Shown: piece after piece, positions 1 to 12,910 of the stretch
Layout: each line of letters opens with the position of its first letter
Position numbering within the stretch: position 1 is the stretch's first letter
NCBI GenBank assembly: GCA_977016875.1
Contig: CDRNST010000033.1
Location: 434,001 to 498,000 of the forward strand
Reading direction: 5' to 3'
DNA from: Pavona decussata
Taxonomy: Eukaryota
DNA: 64,000 nucleotides
Made by a program: the position numbers and the translations under genes
The notes under the pieces: model-generated
What the model was told of the DNA's origin: nothing
Seen by the model: only the letters and a program-made list of their open reading frames with translations
The model's database searches: none

Positions 1-626
1 CAAAGGATTTATATTTGTCTTGCTTTGAAACTTTAATATTTCGAAAAAAAGGCGAAATGTGTTTGTTCCGTAGCATTCTCCATTTCCTCCGCTATCTTTC
101 TTCAAATATGTGCAATACAAAAGCGACTTTGCACCATTTTGGCCAATTGTTTCAAAAATTGACAAGATAAACAGCAGGAAATACTGGATTTTAAGTGACA
201 GTTAGGCACATATGAAATTGCTGAATGGATCGGCTGCAGGCATAAACGACAGAGTTTACAGAATAGTGGTAAATGCTTTTGTTAGGATTGTCAAAAGCAA
301 GCTAAAATAAAACTGAGATTTTAATTTTCTTTTGAGCCAACTTATCCCCTCTAATTTTTTTGGAACATTTTTGTGCTTGTGCTAATGCTTTTGTTGGCGT
401 AAGTTTTCACTTGCTGGGCACCCTAATGCTTGTGCTTGTGTAACAAGCAGAAACCGGACTTAAAAGTTAAGAGAACAACTGATGGGAAAATACTTCAAGT
501 CAGATCAGAACAATAATTTTACATAGCATTGACAAATTTTTCCCCAATTTTCCTTTCTGGGTTAAGCTATTCAAATAAAGAAGAGCGTTTTTATGGTGAA
601 ATGCCTTTACCAGGTCTCCCTTTAAA

Positions 627-851
627 CAGTATCCGGTCGTTTCGCTACAAAGTCATTTCGCTGCACGGTTGTTTTGCTACACCGTTAAGTATGAAAATGT
701 TATTATTTCTTGTTCTTAAAGTGAGTTTGGGTGAAAAATTATCTTAGCTGTTTCTATGTTTCATAGTTTTGCACGAGACATAAATTGAGCTCAAATATCA
801 GAGAATATGTCAATTTTAAAACCTGCAATGTAGTGAAACAACCGGTAAGCC
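627..851. mobile_element. Small non-autonomous DNA element (MITE)
   Basis: Inverted ends ccggtcgtttcgctaca (631-647) and tgtagtgaaacaaccgg (829-845); ttaaa on both flanks; no coding content. Confidence 0.5.
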
Positions 852-1620
852 TTAAAACATCATTGTAATGATTGAGGGCAGTTAATTTTAAAAGGATGGG
901 CATTTGTGAAAATGGCATCGTTTCAAAAAAATAAGCATGCAAATACTTACTTCACGCGGTTTCTCTGGTAGCACTGTCCAATCGAGGTCATTTTCGTAAC
1001 ATTTCTCCAAATCTGCGTCAAGTCATTGCAACCGACTGGCCATGACTTCCAAACAGTTGTAGCAGAACTGCAAGTGCAATCATGACAACGCTTGCAAACA
1101 CAGTGAATCAGAACGGTCCATTTAGAAAGCGCCGACTATTATAAAAAATATTTATACATGGACCAATTAGAAAGTGAGATGTTAACACATATTGTTGTGT
1201 TTCGAATGCAGCCTTTGTGATCATTCTTGACCAAAAATGATTGTAAATATAACATAACAATATCATCAAGTTTGATTGATCACTAAAAAATGTATTAAGA
1301 CAAACATTGCGTAAAGTAGCGGAACGCAGTGTAACATTTTGTGTATTGCGTGCAATATACCTAACAGTATTATTCATTTTAGTAGTGTATGATAAGACAG
1401 ATTGCCCTATTTTAACACAAGATGATAAACCTTCAACATTACGCACACGTCAATGGCTCTTATCGAAGTTGAGCACTCGAAATCAGCGATCTCTTGATGA
1501 GCGTACGCCAAAACGAGGCTATCTCGCCAAGTTCGCCCCGAAATGCAAGAAAATATTAGACTTGGAATACGTAGTTTGACATTTACTAAATATTTTTTCG
1601 TTGTTTGAGTGTCTTTATCC

Positions 1621-3180
1621 ATGGTTAAGCACTGCATAGCTTTTGGATGTCAAAATCAAAGTTCCAAACCGAAATGCAAGAATTTGTCATGGCATTCACT
1701 TCCGCTGAGAAGAAAATCATTGCTGGCACAATGGCTCGTGAAACTACGTCGCGAGAACACTCCAATAACCAAAAACTCTTACGTTTGTAGTCAGCATTTT
1801 GAAGCCAGTTGCTTTACAAAATCACCGGGAGGGCAAAGAACTCGTTTAAAGCGAGGCTCCGTACCAACGAAGTTTATTTTTAGTACGGAAAAACGAAAGA
1901 GGAAAAAGCCCACTGAAAGAGCAACGATAAACACGAACAAAGGGAAAACTGTGAAATCGCTGCATTCATTGTTCGAGTCGAAAAACATTGAATTTGGTTA
2001 AAACAACGCCGATTTGTTATCTAATTCAGATGGTGGAGGAACCGAACATCTAGAAAATGAAGATTTATCTCTAACTGGACCTGAAAACTGGGAACAAAAA
2101 CTTAAGTTGAAAGATGAAGAAATCTCGTGTTTACTTGAGAAATGGCAGGCTAAAGAGCGTCAGTTGAACAACAAAATACAAGAGCTGGAAAAACAACTTA
2201 AAGAAAGAAGTGCCAGGAAGGAGCTGGAATTATAAGCTAAGAAGAAAGCCTTCAGAATCGAAACTGTGAAGGATAATGATAAATTATTTCGGTTACTGGA
2301 TTCGAAAACTATGAAGTGTTTTCGATGGTTCTTGGCTTTCTGGGGAGAGAGACAGCAACTCACTTAGACTACCAAAACACCCAAAATTTAAGAGAAATCA
2401 AAAACAAATATAAACCTGGACCAAGCAGGGCTTTGACTGTTGAGGATGAATTTTTTATGGTGCTTTATCGTTTGAAAGTTGGCCTACTAGAAGAAGACTT
2501 ATCAGCTAGATTTGGAGTGTGCCAAAGTGTAGTATCTCAGATTGTTAATACCTGGATCAAGTTTATGTTCTTCAGCTTCAAAGAACATGATACATTTCCC
2601 TCAAGAGAGATTGTTAAATTACACTTGCCTGAATGCTTTAGCAAGAAGTATTCATCAACTTCTCTAATAATTGATGCTACTGAGATATACATAGAAAAGC
2701 CAAACAACCCAGAAGCCCAACAGGTAACATTTCCTTCATACAAAAATACCAACACCTTGAAAGCCATGGTAGGTATTGTACCAAAAGGAGGGATTTCATT
2801 TGTGTCAACCCTGTATGGTGGCAGCATTTCTGACAAGGAACTAACCCAAAAGTCACGACTTATAGAGAAACTACAGTATGGTGATGTTATAATGGCTGAT
2901 AGAGGTTTTAACATTCAAGAGATGCTGGCAATTAAAGGGGTAAAAGTGAATCTTCCTCCATTCATGAATGAGTCAGGTCAATTTTGTGTAAGTTAACTAC
3001 TGGAAACAAGAAGGATTGCATCTCTGAAAATCCATGTTGAAAGGGCCATGGAAAGAATAAAAAAACTACCATATTTTAGACTTTGTCCCCATAACATTGC
3101 GCAGGAATGGTATAATTGATATGATATTTTGTGTGTGTGCAATGTTATCAAACTTTCTCCCACCATTAGTAGATGGTTAG
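1621..3180 (+). pseudogene. ISL2EU transposase: THAP zinc finger, coiled coil, HTH_Tnp_4, DDE_Tnp_4
   Basis: THAP motif MVKHCIAFGC..W..VCSQHF..VPT; EDEFFMVLYRLK HTH; catalytic IIDATE, MADRGF and IHVERAM. Stops at 1999, 2233 and 2994; frameshifts near 2310 and 3060. Confidence 0.92.
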
Positions 3181-3436
3181 TAATGACAATGATATTTTTG
3201 ACTTAGGTAAAGTAAAGTAAAGTAAAGTAGAGTTGCCTTCATTAAATCTATAAGACAGTAAACAGGAGACTGTGTATTCAAATAATGGTTATTTCATGAG
3301 AATGTTCCATCAGTACCTTATAAAAATATAACAAAAGGCACAACTGTACAACAGATGAAGTTTGTGCACAGCCCATAACAACTCAGTGTAGTTCAAATGT
3401 TCCTCTCTAAATTAGCCTTTATAGTGCAGCTCTTAA

Positions 3437-4065
3437 GAGCGAATGTCTGAAAATATCAACCAGAGGTATGCAATAGCGAAAAATTCAAAATTCTCAAAAA
3501 AATTCACAACATAGCCCACGATAAACTATTGCAAGAAATACATGTTTTACTTCGATCCGATAATTATTTTTGATGTGAGGCTATGATCTTGAATTCACCG
3601 CTCCTGAACCGGGTTTTCGGTGTCTGACACCACATGTTGCGAAGACCTTGTTTTAAAAATCAAACCAGTTTTGTTCCAAACGAAAAACATCCAGTCTAAT
3701 AAAGTACATAATTATGGACATCATGAATGGTATGTTACTCATCTGGAGTGAAAATTGAATATTTAGGAGATTTTTCAATATTTACAATTTTTTAAGCGAT
3801 TTCTCGTGATGCCAAATTGACAAATTTGCGAGGCTAAAATCATCAACTGGTACATGGCGTTGAGGATAAAGATTTACACCACGTGAAAGAGCATCATTTC
3901 TTCTTATAAAATCCGCTTTCAAAACTATGGGCAACACAGAAGGAAATTTTTTAGGCCGCGAATTACAAGTAGTATTTTAGTGAAATTTGAGCTTTTCTGT
4001 CACGGCATTCCGTTGCTAAGACTCAGATAAACACTACATGAAAACGTTTCAAACAGCAATGGTTT
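3437..4065 (+). repeat. Left TIR (about 630 bp)
   Basis: Reverse complement of about 6590-7216 with scattered substitutions. Confidence 0.9.
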
Positions 4066-6589
4066 ATTAATTCTTGCTACAAGGCACTGCCTGTGCATGA
4101 CCTATGCTTATAAGACTATTTTCCTTGGTTTTCTATTTTTTAGGGGCAGTGTCAAAAGATTTTAGCGGAGTTCAAAAGCCGTACACGGGTCAGTTTACGT
4201 TGTCAACCGGTCGCAACACTAGTAAATGTGGAATAAAATGAAACCAGGACTTCTTTCATTCAATCTTACTTTGAAAAAAATGGAGCAAATAGCTAAGAGT
4301 GCATATAATTCATACCTTTGAGTGGCCACACTGGATGTTTAAGAAATATAAGACATCTATAGGAAACATCGTAACACTTTAGGCCGTTTTAAACATTTGG
4401 TCACAAAGATTTTGTTACATACATTTCACCGGTAGACCGCTGACCTTGCACTTACGTACGCCCTTGTCCACGGGATAGAAAGCGATGTTTCGTCCAGCTA
4501 GACCCCAAAGACAATTAATTATATAATCAGTTCAAACTGAGATTACAGTTTCTGGTTATCACAATTTTATCTAGTTGTGTCTACACTCGCGCAGTTGTTT
4601 TGATTTTTGATAAAGTTTTTCAAATTTCAGTCTAACATAGCCTGCGAATACAGCCGCCTCTTATCGCTCCCGTCCCCGAGGGGCGTTTTGCGAGGCTACC
4701 ATGAATGCTACTCAAGGAGAGTTAAAAGCAATGTGACTGTCTAGTTCATCTGGATAAGATCCAATTTTCAATTTATTGTTCACAAAAATTGTCTGTTGTA
4801 TGATAGTTTTCATACGATAAAAGATAGTTCATCCATCAGTAATGGAATTTGAGGAGACAAAGTATGGTTTCTTTAGCCTTAATGGGTCAAAGTAAGAACA
4901 CGATCCAATGAGATCATGTTGCCTGAATATATGGTGCTATGCTCTGAATTTTTAGAGTACTTGCCAAAGCCGACAGGCACTAATATCGAGGTCATCTTGT
5001 GGATAAGCCTAGATTGCACAAATGTGATGCTCGGATCTCCCTTTGTTTGCTTGAGATGATTAGCTGCCAAACTTGGTGGGACCGGCGCAGAATCGGTTTT
5101 GGCAGCGCCGTCTGATGCCATAAGCATCTCGATGCCTTGAGCAAATAGACCTGATTAGATAGCTGTCATCGATTTCGAAGATATCAAGGGAAATTTTGCC
5201 CTGAGGTTTAGTCAGTTAATTATGTCACTTTGTAGAACTGGCTTTACAGCCAAAGGAGCGTAGCTGTGCCGTCCAGGCTGTGAAACCCTGGCCCCTTTCT
5301 GACAAAAATTGCTCCCCCTACGCTCCTCCCTTATTCCTGCTGACAATGGACTGTGGTCGACTGTAGCAGGTGTGAGTCGTACTGCAGGAAAGGAAAATAG
5401 GGACGACAGTGGTGACTCAACCCCGTTTCCCTCCTCGCTCTTACCCTGCCGCCTCCCCACTAAGCTCCCCATTCTTTACGTCGGGAAACTGTCACAGTGA
5501 CAAAGCACACGGCCAAATAACTTAAAAAAAAAATCACTAAAAATCGTTAATGTGTGTGAATGTAATAACCAGTAATTCAGAATCAAATTGCAAGCGCTAT
5601 TAAAGGTAATTCTTATTTAAGGTCAGGAGTTTTCCGTTACAGTAATTTGATACCTGCTCTGCATACAAGAAGCTCCGCCTCAGTTTTCAGTGTTCAGCCA
5701 GCAAACCCCGTGGCCCTTAGATAGTTTCGAATGTCTGTACCACAATCTCTGATTGGAATACATTGGGTATTCGCTGGATTTCCAACACTTTGTCCACATT
5801 GTCCTCCAACAATCGAAGCATACTCACACGATACCATTTCGGCTCAATTTGTTTGAACGCCGTGAAACCAGAATCGAGTATTAAAGTTGGATTGCAGAGC
5901 AAGATAAAGAAACTGAAGTGATCTGAATACCAACGTGGGCTAACTGCACGTTTAGAAAGTTCAGTGACAGAAAATACAGCTCACAAGTAAAACGCAGTTA
6001 CAGTTTGTATCGAAGGGGCCGTGAAAAATTACCCCTGGCATGCGCCCGGGGGTACTATTCGAGCAGAGGCTCTTTGATCTTCCTAGATAAGTTGAAGGGC
6101 CTCTGCTCGCAGGGTACCCGGGGGGTGAACCTTTATATAAAAATTGACGGGGGTGATCGTAGCTTTCGGGGGTTAAAATTCGTGGTTTGGTACCTGTGAA
6201 AGGTATGGCGGTACCTTTTAGCCAGTTTTAGGGTGCGCAAACTGTAAAGCAATCTCTGCCGTGAAACGTATTTTTAAATCGCGGTAAAATGCATATATCG
6301 TTCCTGATTGATGTGATGATTTCTACAATGTACAGAAAGCTCGCTAAAAAGGTATGAATTATGTAGCACTTGTGGCTATTGTTTCATTTCTAAAGTAAGA
6401 TTCAACGCAAAACATTCTGGTCCAAATTCAAAACGTTGACTTCGTAAACTGACCTTTGTGACCTTTATACGCTTTTGAACTCGGGGTCTAATAAAACTGC
6501 TACAATCTTTTGTGCCTGCCCAAAATGATTAAAAACCATGGAAAGTAATATTATGAACGTGGGCCAAAACCTCTAGCAAGTACCAACAA

Positions 6590-7216
6590 ACAATTGTTGT
6601 TTGAAACGTTTTCATGTAGTGTTTATCTGAGTTTTAGCAACGGTATGCCGTGACAGAAAAGCTCAAATTTCACTAAAGTACTACTTGTAATTCGCGGCCT
6701 CAAAAATTTCCTTTTGTGTTGCCCATAGTTTTGAAAGCGGATTTTATAAGAAGAAATGATGCTCTTTCACGTGGTGTAAATCTTTATCCTCAACGCCATG
6801 TACCAGTTGATGATTTTAGCCTCGCAAATTTGTCAATTTGGCATCACGAGAAATCGCTTAAAAAATTGTAAATATTGAAAAATCTCCTAAATATTTAATT
6901 TTCACTCCAGATGAGTAACATACCATTTATGATGTCCATAATTATGTACTTAATCAGACTGGATGTTTTTCGTTTGGAACAAAACTGGTTTGATTTTTAA
7001 AACAAGGTCTTCGCAACATGTGGTGTCAGAAACCGAAAACCCGGTTCAGGAGCGGTGAATTCAAGATCATAGCCTCACATCAAAAATAATTATCGGATCG
7101 AAGTAAAACATGTATTTCTTGCAATAGTTTATCGTGGGCTATGTTGTGAATTTTTTTGAGAATTTTGAATTTTTCGCTATTGCACACCTCTGGTTGATAT
7201 TTACAGACATCCGCTC
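6590..7216 (-). repeat. Right TIR (about 630 bp)
   Basis: Reverse complement of 3437-4065. Confidence 0.9.
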
Positions 7217-7381
7217 TTAATCCTTTGAAAAAATGTAAAATACTTTTCACTCTCTACTCAGTGAGAAAATTCATTACATGTGCACAATAAATTGTTTGAA
7301 TGGCTCCATTTATGTCTATTGATGTCCTAAGTAGGCACAAAATATGTAAAATTTAGAATTAGTTGCTTGATTTCAGTCATT

Positions 7382-9254
7382 TCAACTAATTAATTTACTC
7401 AGTCTTGGAAGTCCATCAGAAACTCTTGGATATGCTAGTTCCAGATAGATGTGATTGTCATAAAACTGTTCCAGCTTTGGGATTATATCAGAACGAAATC
7501 TACTGTCTTTCTTAACATGTAAAATAATTAGATTAACAGTGTCAGATAGTACCAGATCAGTCCAGGAACATCCAGTACATAACATAAGCTGCTGGACTTG
7601 ATAGTAAAATTTGTGATTCTTGTTGATCACCAACCCATGAGTGCTATCTTTACAATATACCACGTTTACATACTGCCTCCTTTAGAGATAAGTCACCTGG
7701 GAAGATTCGCTTTATCTCCACTAGTCCCCCATCTACCTCCCCGTCTGGAGAGGCCCCAAGGAAGGGATGACTTTGAGATATTACAAAACCCGTCTCACTG
7801 ACTTTGCAATCCAGTTTGTCTTCATATAGTCGTAAGATCTTCTTTTCATCTTTCAGTCCCTGCTTCATCTTATTACTTTGGTACTGTTTGTTGTAGTGTA
7901 AGATTTCCTTAATTGCTTTTGTTGGACTTGTAGAAGGCTTGAGTATAGCTTGCTTGCACTGAGAGGCTGTTACACGAACACGTCTATGTGCAAACCATGC
8001 TTGACAATTACTTTGAGATTTTGTAGTTACTGAAATGTTCCGTCTCTCTTGATCACTAACCATAAGGTTTCTCTTGATTCTTTTTGCTTGGTCCAAAATC
8101 CCAGTGAGTGAGACAGGGTGCTTTTTAATTGGAGAAATAATTTTATTTTTTGTTTGGTACAATTTTTCATCTGATAGCAAACAAAAGAAACCACAATTTG
8201 GTTTTAACCTCTTGATGTTATCAAGAAGTTCTCTGTTGACCTTTTTGGGATCATTGTTCTTTTCAGATGGACGTCTAGGATCATTCAAAGGTTTGGCAGT
8301 GTTCCTTTCTTCTCCTCCATAAATCTTTTTTGAAAAATCAATTTCATATACTGACTGCGAATCAAGCTTCCTCTTTCTCAGTTGGTTCCACGTTTGCAGT
8401 CTTGAGGTACGTGTTTCAAATTCCCGTGTACACCTCAGTCTCACAAATTCTTCAAGTGCATAACAAAGGGCGGCTATGTGTTTACAAGAACCAAGTGGAC
8501 CTTTGCCAGCTGGGCAGGGGCAGCTAGCAAATGCGATATCACCTTCATGTTCACCATCATTACACAGTGAGAGTTTTTTAATATACCTCAAGTTTTTTTT
8601 CATTTCAGGTAGGCAGTCGCATCGGAAATGTACTTTGTCATCCTCACGAGCAAGTTCCAGTTTTTGGATGTGTCCATGTCGAAACAAACCGAAAGCTTTG
8701 GTACTGACGTTCTTGTAGTCTTTGTTGGACTCGTTGTCTTTGGCTTTTCTTTCAATGAAGAAGGAAACGATGTTTTGCATATTAAATCCAGGGTCATTGT
8801 TCTTTGTGTCAACAATAGAAACCCATTGAACAGATCCAGGAAACTCACAAGTGGTCGTTGTGACGGACGTCATTTGATCCATTATTTGTTTACTTGATGA
8901 CAAGTGTTGCCATTTGTCCGTAAAATTTTCCTCCCACCCATTCTTGATATAGCTGATGACCCTGCGGGAAGTAAAACAGATTAAAATAGAACATACTTTT
9001 AAATCAAACCGCTTTAGGCAATGACAGTGAGAAATAAATATTGCAGTCCTTAATACCTTTGAGATAGCTCAGCCTTTCGTAGCGTCCGACCGCGCACTAC
9101 CATCTTTTGCTGTTCCTTTCCTGTATGATAACCATTCCTTTAGTCTTTCTTTAGTCAGGTGCCGTGAGCAATTACCACTGAGTAACTGGACCTTCTCTTC
9201 AGCGGAAAAGAGGGCCGATTCTGGAAGATTTTGGGTAATATTTACACTCTCCAT
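7382..9254 (-). pseudogene. ISL2EU second gene: SAP-like N-terminus, SWIM zinc finger and YqaJ (lambda-exonuclease, PD-(D/E)XK) nuclease
   Basis: SWIM CPCPAGKGPLGSCKHIAAL; YqaJ motifs W..HRRVRVTAS, G...E, FLGASPDG, VEIK, YYQVQ. GT-AG intron 9056-8962. Stop at 9069 and frameshift near 7655. Confidence 0.9.
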
Positions 9255-9384
9255 AGGTTTTCTCACACTTTTTTTTGCAAGTTCGACCTGATAGCCTCGT
9301 TTTGACGTCTGCTCATCAAAAGACCGCTGGATTATTTAAGCGGTCTACTTAACCTCGATAACAGCCATTCAATCATTTTTGGAC

Positions 9385-9525
9385 CTAGAAAGGTATATAA
9401 GGCAGCATCCAATAAAAAGGTGTGACAAAATTAAACTCACACGCCAATTCAATCCTCCTTCAGTGTACATAGAGAGGTATAAGGCAGTATCCAATACAAA
9501 GGTAAGACAACGTTAAGTCATTCAT
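9385..9525 (+). promoter_or_regulatory. Duplicated TATA-box-containing repeat upstream of an orphan ORF
   Basis: ggtatataaggcagcatccaataaaaaggt and ggtataaggcagtatccaatacaaaggt, about 90 bp apart, then tcattc (Inr-like) and ATG at 9533. Confidence 0.4.
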
Positions 9526-9532
9526 AATTACA

Positions 9533-10060
9533 ATGTCAAACTTTAGAAGAAAGATACTGAAAAAGTGCAGATCTGCATAAGACATTTACCTTATGACCCA
9601 GTGGTTTGTTTCGTGAAGTAGGCACTCTCATCAGTTTTAATGAAGTGAATGAAGTCCGTCACTCCAGAGCAATGTCTACACTACGTGTTCACCGCGAGAC
9701 GGTCATACACCTTCCCAGAAGTGAAATATCTGAAAAGAGAGCAGACCTTTTCAAAACCATGAACGACGGCGCTTTCTTTCCTCTAAAATGCTGGCCAAAA
9801 GACCTACGAATGGCTTTTTGGCAGAAGCCTATCAGAGATCGGAATACATTCAAGCTGTTGCTATTCTGTTTAGGCAACAGCTATTCCCCAATCTTGGGGG
9901 AGGGCTAGACAGATAGACTTCACCTTGAGCAGTGCAGACGGAAAAAGAAGCACGTGGTTTTACTACAACCTTGATTACGAGAAACTGTTGTTCCTCAATG
10001 GGCTGCCGAAACATTTAAGCCAGGACCTGTACTCCGAAGTATGCATAAGGAAAACAAGAA
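9533..10060 (+). pseudogene. Small intronless orphan ORF, disrupted, function unknown
   Basis: Protein-like text across two frames: FFPLKCWPKDLRMAFWQKPIRDRNTFKLLLFCLGNS then KRSTWFYYNLDYEKLLFLNG. Confidence 0.5.
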
Positions 10061-10260
10061 AAACATCCAAAAAAAATACAAAAACCCTGCACTGCAGAAG
10101 GAAAAAACGGCTATTTTAGGAGTCACTAAATGTATAAAAGACTATCACCAATATTTGTTACTTTGTGTGCAATCAACATTTTTTCGTATGGTTTGCTTTT
10201 AGATCGAGGAAGATTCAAGTGATGACGTTTGTCAGTTTTACTCAGCCGTTAGGTGTAGAA

Positions 10261-10797
10261 CATCTATAGCGCGCTTGTTTTGGGTCATGGATTAAAGTAC
10301 GAGATATATTCATGTGAAGTGTGCTTGTTTCGGCTAACGGATTAAAAAACGAGGTATTTTCATGTGTATCGTGCTTGTTTCGGGTAACAGATTAAAGAAC
10401 AAGGTATTTTCATGTGTAGCACGCTTGGTTCGGCTCATGGATTAAAGAACAAGATCTATTCATGTGTAATGCACTTGTTTCGGCTAACGGATTAAAGAAC
10501 GAGATATATTCATGTGTAGCGCACTTGTTTCGGGTCATGGATTAAAGAACGAGATATATTCATGTGTAGTGCACTTGTTTCGGCTCATGGATTAAAGAAC
10601 GAGATATATTCATGTGTAGCGTGCTTGTTTTGGCTCATGGTTTAAAGAACGAGATATATCCATGTGTAGTGCGCTTGTTTCGGCTCATGGATTAAAACAC
10701 GAGATATATTCATCCTTAGTTTGCTTTTTTGGCTCATGGATTAAAGAACGAGATACATTGATGTGTAGCGCGCTTGTTTCGGCTAACGGATTAAAGA
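10261..10797. repeat. 50-bp minisatellite, about 11 copies
   Basis: Unit catgtgtagcgcacttgtttcggctcatggattaaagaacgagatatatt starts at 10261, 10311, 10361 and so on to 10711, then 10760. Confidence 0.95.
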
Positions 10798-11789
10798 CCC
10801 TTTATCATTTACTGTGATGAACCGTGGGCTAACAATCGAATCGTGGACCACGAAACCGCCATTATTGCGGGAAGTACTTCATGCGAAAGAAAATTGGTGT
10901 CCATCGTGTTGTTTATTGTCGGTTTTAAGTCGTGTTCAAGTGTTTTCAAACTCTTGAATTTTGTTTCTAGTCGTTTTGCCATGTTTTTAGAATATTCCTT
11001 TAAGATAACGTGAGATTGTTTTTGTCCATGATCACTTGCCTTTATCACTTACTATGATAATGCTGGAGCCAAGACGGAAAGAAGAATTGGTGAGGATTTG
11101 GTTGCGAGAAGCGGTCTTCTCCCTGTCAAAAAGCAAGAAGGACCTTGCAGGATACTGGAACAATACAAACAGCGAGTTTGCGGAGTTTCTCCTTCACCGC
11201 AAAAGTTCCTTTTTGTCCATTTTGACTCATGTCCGATGAAAGCCGCGAAGCCCCGTTCACGCGGCATGAAATAACACAATGAATTTGAAACAAACCTAGA
11301 CCAACCATCCCACAAGGAAATAAATGCAGTGAACATTTCAAACTCGCTGGCTGCTTTCTAAAGCATGCAACCATCCCACAAGAAAATTATAACAATAAAC
11401 ATTTCAAACTCGAATTTGTTAACGGAAGTGGGCGGGGTGGTGATACGAAAATTCGGTCCCATTCCACGCATTGGTGGTTTTCGTAGTATAGACTAGCTGA
11501 AACACCCAGAACTGAATCGGCTTTTTTAAATAAACAAAACCATGTTATCATTGCATGATTGACATCGGGTAATTACTCCAACAAAAAACCAATCCAAACA
11601 GACTCTGATCACTGATCGCTTTCATAACTGTCCTTATTTTAGAACACCACGTGCTTATCACATCACTGAAATTGACAGAATTTAAGTTATGGAACTCACA
11701 AGATGATGATTGCCTTCAAACAAGTCATTTAATGATTATCCTTTGGTTTTGTTCCCCACAGCCCTCTCTCGCGTGATTGTATGAAATGA

Positions 11790-12075
11790 TTAGCTTGCAA
11801 GCAAGATCTTTGTTTGGGAGCCCCTACAGCCGGATTTAAAACTAGCAAGAGATTGTGCTTGCCGCAGATTGATAGGTAAACTGTTCCACAGCAACGCACC
11901 ACTTTAGCTGAAACTGTTTTTTAGAAAATTTGTGTGGAGGAGTGGGACAGCTACTTTGCCCTCACAATTCCTAAGAGAATAGGTAGATATTGCACTCCGA
12001 TTAGTAAACATTGATTTCAAATAATCAGAGGCGAGACCATTGAGAGATTTATAGACCATGGTGGCTGTTTTTAAA
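11790..12075 (-). mobile_element. L2/CR1-type LINE 3' fragment
   Basis: Translates to MVYKSLNGLASDYLKSMF..YSLRNCEGKVAVP..SFS*SGALLWNSLPINLRQA, a typical L2/CR1 ORF2 C-terminus. Confidence 0.75.
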
Positions 12076-12189
12076 TCACGTTAAAGGTTACCTTTCACTC
12101 TGGCGATGGAGATAGAGGACAGCGTAATTTGTAAATATTGTTGCTCTGTATTAAAATAGCTAAAACAAATACTTCCGGGCGTAGTGCAG

Positions 12190-12590
12190 ACAACTGTTAC
12201 TTTCTCAAACACAATTTCCAAGTCCTCCACCTTCACAGGCTCCAAGTTAGCACTCTCCTGTCAGAGGATATCAAGTACTGCTTCCTCTAGCTCAGAGAGT
12301 TGTCCACTTCTTCCTGCGCCAATCTTCTTGGACTCACTGATTTTTTTAATGGTACGTCAGTGAATGTTTGCCCAAATAACATCTCGCAGAGTTTTAATGC
12401 CGTCAAGGTTGGCTCCAACGCCATTTATTAGGCTCAGAATATACTCCCATGCCTGTTGTTTGCCCTTTTTGTGACAGTTGACGAGAAGGGTGCCAAAACT
12501 ATTGTTCTGTTTTCCTTCACGAACTGCGCTAACAGTAATTTTTGTGATTTCGACAACATGACATCAAAATATCAAGTAATTCTTCTAAAT
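12190..12590 (-). pseudogene. Myb/SANT-like (NAIF1-type) Harbinger accessory protein fragment
   Basis: KQQAWEYILSLINGVG...W....KKIGAGRSGQLSELEEAVLDIL resembles Harbinger Myb-like proteins; degenerate. Confidence 0.55.
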
Positions 12591-12910
12591 GGAAATGACT
12601 TTGCACTGAACTAATTTGCACTTTTAGTGTTAGTTTTTTTTTTCTTGAATTCTTGTAGTTACAATTTGGACTTTACATGCGGTTTTTACAAGTGTAAAAA
12701 CTGGAAGTGTAATTCCTTTATTAAACTGACCCCTGTTCTCATTTGTAATTTCAGCCCTTGATTACCAAGAAGACAGGTGGTTAGCATTTTTCCAGTCAAT
12801 GATGGTTTGCAGTTGAACCTTTCATAGTTAGTTTTGTGGTGAGGGGGGGGGAGCAGTTACAAAGAGATACTACAACTAAAAGTTTTTTCTCATCTTTAAA
12901 CTCTAATTAG

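Larger units (their letters stand above)
3437..7216. mobile_element. Non-autonomous Kolobok-type element with long TIRs, nested between the two ISL2EU genes
   Basis: TTAA at 3433-36 and 7217-20; ends GAGCGAATGTCTG and CAGACATCCGCTC; near-identical inverted repeats; no transposase motifs inside. Confidence 0.85.
1455..9366. mobile_element. ISL2EU (PIF/Harbinger-related) DNA transposon, full length, decayed
   Basis: Imperfect TIRs GGCTCTTATCGAAGTTGAG and GGCTGTTATCGAGGTTAAG share an inner TGATGAGC..AAAACGAGGCTATC box. AT TSD at 1453-54 and 9367-68. Convergent THAP-DDE and YqaJ genes, the characteristic ISL2EU layout. Confidence 0.92.

Noticed and set aside
951-1043. Possible first exon MASRLQ*LDADLEKCYENDLDW.. 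with a GTAAGT donor
   Set aside because: Internal stop and no recognisable family; too weak to call.
10261-10797. CRISPR-like array
   Set aside because: Units are contiguous 50-mers with no unique spacers and no cas genes; it is a eukaryotic minisatellite.
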